Below, one piece after another: positions 1 to 11,340 of a stretch of DNA of 32,020 nt (position 1 is the stretch's first letter; the number at the start of each line of letters is the position of its first letter). The notes under the pieces are model-generated. The model saw nothing but the letters and a program-made list of their open reading frames with translations. It did no database searches and had not been told where the DNA came from. Location: the NCBI GenBank assembly GCA_000934665.2, contig KZ538063.1:186001-218020 (forward strand), written 5' to 3'. A program made the translations under genes and the position numbers. Source of the stretch: Catajapyx aquilonaris. Taxonomy: Eukaryota.

Positions 1-215
1 TTTGATTCGAGTATCGATATATTAATTAACAGATGGATTCGCTTCTCCATGTATCAATATAACTATGCATTGATTCGAGTATTGACATGTTCACTAAAAT
101 ATTGATTCGAATCACTTCTCCATGTATCGATATATTAACCAAAACATCAATCCGATTCGCTTTTCAAAGTTTCGATCTATCGATGTATTAACTAATGAAT
201 CGATTTGCTTCGCTT
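1..215. repeat. Degenerate AT-rich tandem repeat, truncated by the window start
   Basis: Recurring motifs GATTCG, (G)TATCGATATATTAA and CTTCTCCATGTATC (about 42 and 115). Confidence 0.55.
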
Positions 216-659
216 TTTGCCGCAACTGCCCCAGGCGCCACCAGTACTTGACCATTCCTCTCCGGCACTGTAGTTCTAAAGATATTATTACAAAGCCAAT
301 AATTGCGTTAAAATGACCATATTTCCACTCGAACAATCCAGCGTATTTGATCAGATCACTAGTGATCTGCACAAAAAAACTTGACGTGATCTGATGGTGT
401 CAAAAAAGAAACGATCGAAAAACCACTCGTATCAGGCGAGTCATGTGCGAGGCAGACCATCCATCTTGGTTTCTTTATCTGCATGAGACGTGTCCCGCTT
501 CTCTATTTTTTTCCTTCTAACCCTTAGGCGCTTTTTTTTTGTGAGTGAGCGAATCACAGGTGAAAAGAGAAGTAAGTGGCGTGACTTTGATCCCGTTATT
601 TCCTTCGGGGCACGTCCTTTTGTTGAGCAAATATTGGGAAGCCACGGTTGGTCCCAAAA

Positions 660-1205
660 GCATGTTTACCGCGGGCCCGAAAATGGCAGAGGTTGGCCAC
701 ACTGGATACAAAATGGCGTTTGTGTACGCAAAGAATAGACCAGAGGCTACTTGGGCTGGAAATTTCACGCCAAAAAATGTGCACGCATGTTCCCTGGAGC
801 GACTTTTGGCTCTAAAGTAGCAGAGAGAAAAAGGATAGGTTGGTTAACTGAAGCGAGCTGGATCCAAAATGGAGATTGCCTATGCAAAAAAATAGTATTT
901 GTGAATCAGCCTGGAAAGTCCCTGTCCTATCAGCAATACACGCGTATGTATGAAGTGGGATTTTTTTGGCCCGAAATAGGACGATTAAAAATGAAGGTTG
1001 GCCAACCGAAATGAAATGGATACAAAATGGCCGCTGCGTATCCCTGGAGCAACTTTAGCTGCGCATAATATGTAGGTTGGCCAAAACGTGAGCTAATCGG
1101 TTTCAAAATGGCTAACCCATCTAGTCCAATCCGAGGGACCAAAAATGGCCGCTCATAACTCGTAGGTAGGTCTATCCATCCGGATCCAAGATGGCGTCTT
1201 ACGTA
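660..1205 (+). repeat. Degenerate repeat built on GGATWCAARATGGC
   Basis: AAAATGG/AAGATGG cores near 680, 710, 866, 1024, 1105, 1142 and 1188, with repeated AGGTTGGCC and CCCTGGAGCRACTTT blocks. The same motif recurs on the reverse strand at about 10748-12060 and densely at 30350-30685. Confidence 0.6.
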
Positions 1206-2054
1206 CGGAGTCATGCAGGGTATTACCTGACCTAACCAGGAAAAGAAAAATGCAGAGAGAGGCGAGAAGTCCACCCACCCGACTCCAGGGGACTAATGAT
1301 CCGGACTTTGAACCGGCGATTACGTTATAACGTGTCCGGACACTTCCTATACGAGCAACCGAGGGGGGGGTTATGACAGTGTGGTGGGGCCCGCCCATGT
1401 TCGTGGCCATACCTGGTCACGACAGGTTGAATCACTTTTGTCTTACCTAATAATAAGCATCTCGATACCCCGATTTTTTTTCCCCTCACTCTCTTCCTAC
1501 TATTGGCTAGCTTGTCCTAAATCTCCATCGCGTGAGGCAGACAATCGCTCGCGTTTATTTTCATTCCTTTTTTTTTATTTGATTCAACTACACTTGCTAC
1601 ACTTTGGATAACCAAATGAATGTTGTCAGTTGCACGAAACCTATTTTATGGCTGACTCAACCTGCCTGAGCGCATCACCCGCGCTTACATCATGCAAAAC
1701 ATTGGTCATTATTTTGCAGCAAGTCCGGCAATTAGGGTAATTAATCGGTCGCAAGCTCTTTGCTACCAGAGTTTTTTTTTTTTTTTTTTGCGGACACAAA
1801 ATCGGACCAGTTGCCGTTCATTCCTAAAGCAGTTGTCATCATCAATCTGGGACCAGGTTTTAACCTCTCTGTTGTAACGCAAAACCGTCAGAATTTTGCG
1901 GAATACAATTTGCTCGCGAGTTAGCCAGAGAATTGGGTGCGACTCGCTGTGTAAGAGGACGTTTTTCGCAAGTTTTTGAAAGCGATTCATCACACTTACA
2001 TTTTTCTCTCTAGTCCACCACTGCAGGTCAAAACTATAATCTGTTGTTATTTAC

Positions 2055-2055
2055 T

Positions 2056-2094
<39 letters not shown>

Positions 2095-2097
2095 TTT
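2055..2097. repeat. (TTTA)n microsatellite
   Basis: About 10 perfect TTTA units, read directly. Confidence 0.95.
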
Positions 2098-2162
2098 GTG
2101 TAGTATATACTTTATTTTATTTTAAGGGTCACCCCCCTTCATCTCGCCCCTTCTGCATCGCC

Positions 2163-2675
2163 CGGTATACGGACTTTTCGCTCCCGCCGTTTCGCCAGCG
2201 GACTTTTAGTCCCCGGCGTATTCGCCCCCATGACATATTCCACTTTGAACTTTTGAAGCATTCGGGTGGGGTGCTCTACAGTCATGCCTCAGACTCTGAT
2301 TATTCTAGAGAAGAGACCTGGTATTGTGTGTAGCCTGGCAACGGCGCGTGGGTCACAGGGATGGAGTTGCCCTTTGTGTTAGTGATACTGTATGGCTTTT
2401 TGTAACCGCAACAGTACTGTCCATTGCTGTGGCTCTGCCAGGTACGGTACGTCGCCCGTGCGTGATATTTTTAGTTTTCGCGGAGCGAGAGCGGAGCTGG
2501 GCGCTTATTGTGGGTTTCTGTATCCGCAACATTTACTGTCCGTCATGTGGCGCCGCAGGCCAACGAACGTTATTGTGGCTTTGCCCACCACGACATAAGT
2601 TGTCACGGGGGCGAATACACCGGGGGCGAAATTGTCACAGGGGAAATATGCCGAGGGCGAAAAGTCCGGAAGGCG
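2163..2675. mobile_element. Fold-back MITE-like element with imperfect TIRs made of TTCGCCC/GGGCGAA sub-repeats
   Basis: CGGACTTTTCGC (2170-2181) pairs with GCGAAAAGTCCG (2657-2668). CCCGGCGTATTCGCCCCCATGACA (about 2212-2235) pairs imperfectly with TGTCACGGGGGCGAATACACCGGG (2601-2624). No transposase ORF and no clear TSD. Confidence 0.6.
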
Positions 2676-3349
2676 TATATCGCCCTCACTTGGTCACCTG
2701 AGCCTGTATATAGTCCACACCCTCGTGAGACCTAGAGAGGTTGTGTAAGTGAACATCACGCACCGCCTCATAGCAACGCTCCTTGCCCAGATCCGGATCC
2801 AGGCTCCCAACAATGGCTCCCTTTCCCCTTTGAAGTGTGAACCTCCCACCCGTTTTGTGCCAAACATCTCCCGAGTTGCGAATTGAGCAACCTTGGTCCA
2901 GAGGCCCAGGCAACAATTGGCATAAGGCTTCCTTTGACAAACAGGTTGATTGCAAACGGGGAGTGATTAGGCCAGGCGTTTCATTAGTGCCGGAGACTGA
3001 TTATGCCCATAGTGGCCCGAGGAAAAAATAAAATAAAATAAACGGACTGGAGGCATCTGCCAGACACGGTTGCATACCCCATCCTTGGATCCTTCATTAA
3101 AGGAGGCTGCAAGCTAAGGGTGTGTATCAAAGCGTGAGGGCAGCATTTATGCATGTCCGCCTCCATTTCCCTTTCAACTGGCAACCTTGTTTCCTTGCAC
3201 CTGCTGATAGGCGTTGCTAATCAACACTTACCAGTTGCCCTACTTTGAATTTCATTTGAGCCTACGGCACTCCTCATAATTATTGCGAGTTATACGTATA
3301 CGTAGATTTTTGCTGCTGTGCAGGCACCGTCGCGTCGTGGATCTCATTG

Positions 3350-3398
3350 TAGGCTGTGTGCGTAGCTCAAGAACATCTGGAGCTACGCACACAGCCTA
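3350..3398. repeat. Perfect 19-bp inverted repeat with 11-nt loop (mini-MITE or hairpin)
   Basis: TAGGCTGTGTGCGTAGCTC-aagaacatctg-GAGCTACGCACACAGCCTA, with TA at both ends. Confidence 0.85.
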
Positions 3399-3532
3399 GG
3401 ATGCGTAGGGGAGCTATACTTGCGATCTACTTGGAGCTACGAGTTGCACTATAGTTAAAAGCGCTTCAGTAAGTTGACCTGTAGCTTGCAATAACTCGTG
3501 TCAAATTATTCAAAGCGAGCGAGATGCCTCTC

Positions 3533-3685
3533 CGTGTCACGTTACATGTCACCAATTAAAAGGGCTTTAGGAATGAGCGCAACGTAGAGCGCTCCATTGC
3601 TACCGTGTAATGATACATAACTCGAGCCAATATTCTAAGCAAAAATCTAAGCAAGCGATACGAAAGTGACATGTAACGTGGCCCG
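3533..3685. mobile_element. Small MITE-like element with about 20-bp TIRs
   Basis: CGTGTCACGTTACATGTCAC (3533-3552) versus GTGACATGTAACGTGGCCCG (3666-3685), 18/20 complementary. Confidence 0.5.
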
Positions 3686-4782
3686 TTGATTTAAATTTTG
3701 ATGTTATCACACGTTGCATGGCAGAAATGGAGCGGTCCTTCCTGAAGCGCTTTTAACTGGTGCCATGTACCGCTTAGATTTCCTGCAAAAAGTTGAGAGC
3801 GGTTTTATTCGGCCATTCTTATTAAGCGATAGGGTCGAACAGCTCAGAAGTAGCGGAGCGGAGAAGAAAGACGTCTTCCCCTACTCCCAACCTAAAAACT
3901 TTTTATCTCCGACATTACCATAGTGATTTATCCCCAGTTTCCGATCAACACTAAATCATTCGATTAGTCGCCACATGTGCAAAAAAAAAGGGTGTCGCTG
4001 GATAGTACTAGTGCATGCTCCAATCACACATGATCCGGTAATGATGAGCAATCAAAAATTCCGGTGTTCCCGGATCAATTTATGTGAAAACTTCGAGTGG
4101 GTTCTGCTAGAGTATCAATTCTCCCGATTTTTTTGCCAAAAAGTTCCGCCATTTTTTTGGGGGGGGCTGGCCCGAGGTTTTCTCTCAGAAAGTGTTCAGC
4201 AGCAGGGGCGAACCCTGGCGAGACGCCAAGGTATCAGCAGAAATCCCTAACTACACATGAAAATTGAATTACTACCGCCATTAGAGAGCGGTTAGCAGTG
4301 GGGGCCAAAGCTCTCACAGGCCTGCAGAGAGAGAATAGGCCAGGCCACAGCCCTTGTCTAAAATTATATTTTTTAAGAAAATGATATAAAAAGAGAGAGG
4401 AAAATAGATCCTATAGCAACAAATGGAGCTGGCTGTTTGGATATGTCAGGTTTTATGCCTAGGAGCTGCTTGGATAGCCTCATTTTCTGTGTCGTTTTTG
4501 TATGCCTGATTTGGGCATGGCTGCATGAAGGAAATGGGGTCGCTTCACTTGATTAGAGACTTTGGTCCAGGCCCGGACAGACTCTGGGGCGGTTTTATAT
4601 GGCGCCTGGGATAGTCCTGGGTTTGATGTCCGGGTCATATCATGCTATGAATGTCTACTCATATGCAGGGTGTTGGGTATACGGTCCTGGAAAAAGGCCC
4701 TGAGGTTCTCCAGAATGATATTATGTTCACTGCAATATTTTCAAACGGACCCTGGTATTTCCAAGCCTACGCTATAGTATCG

Positions 4783-5500
4783 AACCTATAGTAGGCCTAC
4801 CAAATGACGATAGTTTTGCTACCGATGAAATATGATAATATCCTTGACACCGATAAAATCAAATGTCGATTGTATTAGGCTACTACTGATAGTATTGCTA
4901 CCGACAGACTAGTACGACGATATTATCACAAGCTGTAGGACCCGATTACGAGTGTTGCTATACCGATGAAATATGTCAATGTCATCGGAGCCCGTAAAAT
5001 AGTGTGTCGATAGTATCCCTACCGATAAAATAATACACTAATATTATCATAACCTACAGTACTCGATAACTATAGTTTTGCAACCGATAAAATAATACAC
5101 CGATATTATCATAACCCACAGTACCTACTCGATGACGATAGTTTTACTACCGATAAAATAATGCACCGATATTATAATAACCTACAGTACTCGATGACTA
5201 TAGTTTTGCAACCGATAAAATAATACACCGATATTATCGTAACCTACAGTACCGTACTCATGACGATAGCTTTGCTACCGATGAAATAATATGGAGATAC
5301 CATCGATACCGATAAAATTGTATGTTGATTGTATTTCTACCGAAAAATAGCATACCGATAGGATAAAAAATTATAGGCTCCGACGATAGTAGCCTATTGC
5401 TATATCGTACGATGACGATAGTGTCGGTACATATTGAATGATGTGACGATAGTGTCGGTATCAACTGAACAGATGCCGATAGTATCGCGGATGATAGTAT
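4783..5500. repeat. Minisatellite with 62-66 bp unit, decaying towards the Dpr exon donor site
   Basis: Unit ACCGATAAAATAATACACCGATATTATCATAACCTACAGTACTCGATGACTATAGTTTTGCA starts at 5021, 5083, 5149, 5211 and 5277. Degenerate CCGAT/GACGATAG copies lie on both sides. Confidence 0.9.
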
Positions 5501-5536
5501 CAGATTAGTAGTTTGCCGAGCATGCTTTGTACTCAC

Positions 5537-5718
5537 CGTTCTGTTGCGAAGGTTCCTGACCCTGCAGCTGAGATATGCCGTCTTCCCGACAAGCGCCGTG
5601 ACGTTCCTGGGCGTCGAGGCGTCGAAGTAAGGCTCCCCGTAGGCAGCCGGGGGCGCCGGAGAGTCCAGCGAGTTGTACAATGGTCCAGGACCCGCACCAC
5701 CACTCACGTAAGACGAGT
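5537..5718 (-). CDS. dpr6: Internal coding exon of a Dpr-family (defective proboscis extension response) Ig-superfamily gene, Dpr6-like: N-terminal linker plus first strands of Ig domain 1
   Basis: Minus-strand translation is (D)SSYVSGGAGPGPLYNSLDSPAPPAAYGEPYFDASTPRNVTALVGKTAYLSCRVRNLRNRT. This closely resembles my recollection of the start of Drosophila Dpr6 Ig1 (EPYFDPSTPRNVTALMGKSAYLSCRVRNLANKT-VSWIRH). The acceptor is gttgtgattatttcAG (AG at 5720-5719, phase 1) and the donor is ACG|GTGAGT (GT at 5536-5535, phase 0), just before the expected VSWIRH exon. Family assignment is strong; the exact paralog (dpr6 vs dpr10) is less certain. Confidence 0.88.
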
Positions 5719-8700
5719 CTGAAATAATCACAACGACTAATCAACATCCACTAGTATCGACTCCGATGTCCAATAGCGAAGTACGCCATTATTTTTTGAA
5801 CTACGTATTTCAGACTCCAGAATGTGCCATAGCGAATCAGAATCGTAGCAAAAATCCGGTGATTCCCACCGCTGAACCAGGATTAGCTCCGGATTTACCC
5901 GGCTGATCGGGAATTACCCGCATTCCAGCGACCCCGAAAATTCCCAGGATTCCTCTCTATGCCCCACAGCTTTTGAGCTAAGTCGATTCCTCCCGGATTT
6001 TTTTTGGGGGGGGGGTAGTGTTGGAGTTAACCGTCCGCCATTTTTTATATGTTACGGTCGGTTTTCCGGGGGGGAAACTCAATTACTTGTAAGAGCAACA
6101 TGGACGTGTGCCAACCTCCGGATTCCAGCAACTTGCTAGAGGTTTGCACACAAACTGTTTCGAGCACAATTATTCCTGTACCCCCAAACCACACAGCTAT
6201 CACTTCATCTTCATATGCTCCGACTTACCCCCATATAATCCGGACCAACTTTTCATAGAGGGAACTACACGCATTTTACTAGTGCCCCATTATATGCACC
6301 TAAACTTATTGTGTGTTGCAGAGTCGCATTTATTACCGGTGCCTGGTATTAGTAGTGTGTGCGCCGCCTGATAAGGGTCTTTATTTCCTCACCCCGGCGG
6401 GTAATTCCAACTGCTGAGCACTGAAAAGGAGAGCAATAAACATGGGCTGGAAGCAGTGTGTTGCTTCAACGACGCTGGCCAGAATATTGCCTTTCATTGC
6501 CGGGGCTATGCGGATATTTGATACGCACACTTGGACTGCAATAATAAGGATAGAGTGGCGGAAGAGGGGTGGGCCAAATTAGGCGTTTCCGCTCTCTGAG
6601 CACATTGGAATTGCCGAGATCCGACCCTACCGGATTCTACTGGATTCCTCTAGCTCTTCACGCTCACAAAACCAACGAATAGGGTCGGTTGGTTCGGGTC
6701 AAATTAAGGAATAAATCTGCCATCACGTTGGATTACGTATAGGACATACTAGACTCGACTTACGTAAATGGCACTATTGGCTCCGAATTACGTAAAATTC
6801 GACTTACATCCGCTTACGGAATTATTTCCCGGAACAAATTGTGCGGCAGAGATTCCACATCATTCTTGGTAGAATCCTTTCGTCACAAAGGCGCTGTTTT
6901 GGCAAGGCGACTAAAAAACGCAGAGAGAGACAAAAAACCCGCAGGTAATCTGAATCGAGTGTGCGGTGCCAGTTAGTGTGGCGACGAAAGGAGAGGGTCG
7001 GGATAGATCTCGCTCTGTTGCCATCCTCTCCTGCTCCTCTGAGGGGGATGCTGCTCCAGATGATGAAGATTCGGGGGGACCTCCCGCACTGCCGGAAGAA
7101 GCGGGCCTCGATCCGGGGGCTAGATTGCCACCGAGGCCGGGAGCAAACCCCAGACCGATTGGCATCGGCAGGCCATGTTTACAGGCAGCATCTGACATCT
7201 CCATCCATGCAGAGGAGGTTTCACAATCGTTCAGACATACTTTTGGGATCTTTTTCTATTGAATACTTAAGGTGAACCGTGCAATTTCAATTTATATTAC
7301 GAGCTACAGCGATCAATCTCTGAGGCGATGGAATTGTCGTAGGCTGTATTTTTCAAGCTATAGCCGATATAAGACTCGCATTTTTCAACTGGCGAGCTTG
7401 CTGATTTGCGCAGATCCTCCACCAGACTAGTGCCACCATCGCCTAGAATGCGACTCGCTACACATCCGCTTCGGACGGCGCCACTCTCGGCTACCCCGAG
7501 CTGTTGGAGAAAGTTCTGGAGGTGGGAACCGCCAAGTGCCGAAGGCGAGCGAATGGGTCGAAGCCCCACCTCCGAGCTTAACGAGTAATAAATTATGAAA
7601 CACTATAATTAGCTTCAACTTTCATTTGCTCTCTCTGTTAACATTCATATGCGAATAAGACCCCGACTTGATTTTTTTATATATATAGAAAATTGGTTGC
7701 TGTTAGCTTCTTGGACTTGGCCACCTTGTTTTTTTTGTTTCAGGGTTGCCAGATGCCAGTCATGTCACGCCCCATTCGGTCTCTCTGTCTCTGTCGGTGA
7801 GCACGTGGGATTTGTGTCTCAGTGAAACGGGTGAAACACTGATCCAAAGAAGCTGAGACCACCCCTCCAGAAAGGCGGTCGAGTAGCTCAACCAAAAAAA
7901 GAGGGACACGGCTTTTCCCTTTGAACTATGACGTGACCCCTTTCACACGAGCCAACTTGTCAGGCGGGCAAGAGTTGCCAGGACACGCACTCACTCTCTC
8001 TTTTCCCCCTATATACTTTTGCTACTTTTCCCACTAACTCTTGTGTGTCTGTGTGTAACTCAAGCACAGCCGTATTGTGTGTCGGACCAGGCACGGCTCC
8101 AGGCCGGTTGCGAAATTCATATTGCGAAAAACTACATTTTTGCAAGGGATGGTTTTCTCTTGCCAAAATTTTGCACAAATTCCTGCACATACCATGTACA
8201 GTACATGAATCTTGTGAATGACCCATATATTCACACTAGTAACAAAAAAGGCACGGTGTCAGCTTACATTTGTCACATCAAACGAATCTACCTAACATAT
8301 TAGCCATTATATTGTACAGGGTGATCCAAGTTTGTGGGTAGTTTTTAGTCACTAATATTGGCGATAGTAGTTATTTTTGTGTAGATAGTTTACCCCGATC
8401 CTGTTGCCCCATTACTTACAGGTGGTCGAATATAGTGGTTTTTATAGACTAGGCCATTGGCTATGGACACAACTAACTACTAAAAAAACAGCATCGAGCT
8501 TCTTATTATAACTAAAAAAATACTAACTTGGAACAAACTGCTATAATATAATAAATTAAATTGCTGAAACTATCTGGTAACTCTGACGGTTACCTAGACA
8601 TAGTGCGAGTTTACAGCTTAATACGACCGTTTTCACATAGTTTTAAGGACGAAAATAATTTTTTGAACAATAATTCAAACACTGCAATTTTCTCGCCAAT

Positions 8701-8765
8701 TAATGCATAGCTGGCGGAAACCCGGAATTTAATCCATTACCATTGGAAACTACCCCCCCCCCCCC

Positions 8766-9037
8766 NNNNNNNNNNNNNNNNNNNNNNNNNNNNNNNNNNN
8801 NNNNNNNNNNNNNNNNNNNNNNNNNNNNNNNNNNNNNNNNNNNNNNNNNNNNNNNNNNNNNNNNNNNNNNNNNNNNNNNNNNNNNNNNNNNNNNNNNNNN
8901 NNNNNNNNNNNNNNNNNNNNNNNNNNNNNNNNNNNNNNNNNNNNNNNNNNNNNNNNNNNNNNNNNNNNNNNNNNNNNNNNNNNNNNNNNNNNNNNNNNNN
9001 NNNNNNNNNNNNNNNNNNNNNNNNNNNNNNNNNNNNN
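8766..9037. other. Assembly gap (N run)
   Basis: Ns flanked by poly-C on the left and poly-G on the right. Confidence 0.99.
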
Positions 9038-10824
9038 GGGGGGGGGGGGACCTCCCATGAACCCAAACTAATTAAAAAGCTCGGAATTAATGAGCCGGAA
9101 TTATAAGTTCTGCCTAAAAATTGAGGGGGGCTTATTATTTTGCGACCCTGCTTTCCATTGTTGCGGGCCCATTGTTACGGGCAGTAACCTGATCCGGACG
9201 GTGATTTTTTTTTCCTGCGTGTGTGTGTGAGGTGGAAGCACCAAATGTGTTTCCAGTCTTTGAGCGCACCCACTTCCCGCCCCTAGCAACCCCCGCCAAT
9301 CGAGATGGGGGGTGTCTAACAATGGCTGGATTATTTACAAAGGGAGAGAAGCGAGAGGAGAGCAATTCAAAAATCATCGGACGTGATGATGGTTGGGGGG
9401 AAATTTTTCACGCGGAATCGACTGCCATTACACTTACATTTCAACGCATGTGAAACAATACACCTTCCTGCACACTCTCACACACACTCCGGGGGGTAAT
9501 TATCGCAAAATTGGGTGAGTACGTAAGGACAGGTTTGATCAGGTACACTGTACAGTATTTCGTTGCACGTTCAATGTATTATACCAAAATTTTAATGTGA
9601 TATAGCCAATATACTATAAGGCGATATCAGTTATAATTCCCAGGAAATTAGACCACCCTGTATATGAAATTATTATGAATTCATTATTATTATTATATAA
9701 TTTGTGAAGTTGTTATAATTATGTACATATTATTATCCTTGTACAAAATTATAATATGTATTATTATGCAAGTCGCCCTATACGAGAGGGCCATGAAACG
9801 AGGTAGCTATATTTTGAACAATTTTTTTTCATCTCACAGAGGCCTGGGCCATATTATTATATATTTTCTCTCCCTCTTCCTTTTCAACCCCCGCTGTCTC
9901 TTGATCCAACCTGCGGTACCGCTGGCATCAGACACGGGATGTGGCTTAATAAAGTGTCTCTAAGCAGACCTTATGGGCCTCGGAGTCGTCCCCTGGTGGG
10001 CCCAGCTAATGAGATGGAACGGAGTCAGGGCCTGCCTGCAGTCCAGCCATCTCTCTCTCTCACACACACTCACACGCAGCCTACTTTCCAGAGGTTGAAT
10101 CTGGCCCAAAATGGCGGCAGGATCATAATATGGCAACACTGGAGCTGCGGGGAATTCCCACAAGAGGTGGGGGGTAATCCCTGGGATGCACCAATTACAC
10201 ACTAGCCATTCATCACTCAGACAGCTCAGATTTGAACACACATATGGTTCAGGCCTCACAAAAAGTAAACCAAATGAATTCATAATCACCAGGGTAGCCA
10301 ATATAAACTCCCAATGCTCCCAGGGCTTGGAGCGATCCATTTTGGATCCGGGATTAATTCGCACGATTTGGGGAATGATAAATATTGTAAGGGGGGGAGG
10401 GTAGGGCGTCACCTGCTGGCTTAGTTTAGGCAGCCATGTTGGCGGTGGACACGTAGTAGTCTCTTCCCTGCTGCCTAGATGAGGGTTCTCCCATTAATTA
10501 GGAGAGAGGGTCCCGGGTTGGGTTAATGCCCGACACGTGACCTCCGTGCACTGCCAGGGTTACGTTCCTGACTGGCCGCCAGACTCTCTCACTTATTCAT
10601 GCAGGGTGACGTGAGGGCCGGTCACGCACCAGGAACTGGACGCGTCTCGAATGCCAACTTTGCTCCAAAAAGAATTGGAGAATAAACGGTGGAAGAAAGT
10701 TTTCAAAATCCGACATCGCGGATTATTGCAACCACCAACTTCAATCGGCCATCTTGAAACCTGGTGAAAATGAGACACTTCAAATTTACCCATTAGGAAT
10801 GCCATCTTGAAAATTTCTTATTGC

Positions 10825-11340
10825 GATATCTCATAGTCGATATCTCATCATCGTTATCTCGTAGTCGATATCTCATCATCGTTATCTCGTAGTCGATATC
10901 TCATCATCGTTATCTTGTAGTAGATATCTCATCATCGTTATCTCGTAGTAGATATCTCATCATCGTTATCTCGTAGTAGATATTTCCTAGTCGGCATCTC
11001 ATCATCGACTACGAGATAACGATGGTGAGATATCGATGATGAGATACCGTTGTGAGATACCGACTGCGAGATAACGATGATGAGATATCGACTGAGAGAT
11101 AACGATGAGATATCGACCGCGAGATTACTATGATGAGATATCGACTACGAGATAACGATGGCGAGATATCGACTAAGAGATACCTCCTGTGAGATTTTTC
11201 TGCGATGAGTTTTCTGTATATGATAGTTAAGATGTCGATGATGAGATATCGACTACAAGAGATCACCTATGAGATAACGATGATGAGATGCCGACTACGA
11301 AATATGGTTATCTCATAGGTGATCTCTTGTAGTCGATATC
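10825..11340. repeat. 28-bp minisatellite with internal strand inversions
   Basis: GATATCTCATCATCGTTATCTCGTAGTC starts at 10839, 10867, 10895, 10923 and 10951. Reverse-complement units GACTACGAGATAACGATGATGAGATATC run from 11007. A perfect 34-bp inverted repeat lies at 11245-11278 / 11307-11340. Confidence 0.93.

Noticed and set aside
352..369. 18-bp perfect palindrome CAGATCACTAGTGATCTG
   Set aside because: It is real but short and isolated, with no supporting element structure.
1270..1375. Possible tRNA or tRNA-derived SINE head on the minus strand (GGTTCAAAGTCC)
   Set aside because: The B-box is imperfect and there is no clear A-box or cloverleaf.
1153..1410. Minus-strand ORF containing SWIR, on the correct strand and side to be the next Dpr exon
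   Set aside because: The context is TPSWIRMDRPTYEL-stop rather than VSWIRHRD.HILTVG. There is no AG acceptor in front, and it arises from the GCCATCTTGGATCC repeat motif.
5258..5536. C-terminal part of the 157-aa ORF
   Set aside because: It is read-through past the GTGAGT donor into intron and minisatellite; Ig similarity stops at NRT.
6911..7618. Overlapping GC-rich ORFs of 60-104 aa on both strands
   Set aside because: No recognisable domain, signal peptide or convincing splice-site pair. I cannot exclude an exon without transcript data.
7990..8240. Possible plus-strand Helitron ending in CTAGT at about 8240
   Set aside because: No subterminal hairpin and no clear 5' TC boundary.
8737..9066. 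ORFs spanning N gaps (also 15389-16195 and 31475-31838)
   Set aside because: They are open only because of Ns and homopolymers.
10825..11340. 28-bp repeats resembling a CRISPR array
   Set aside because: The units are contiguous with no unique spacers, there are no cas genes, and the context is eukaryotic. The same applies to the other minisatellites.
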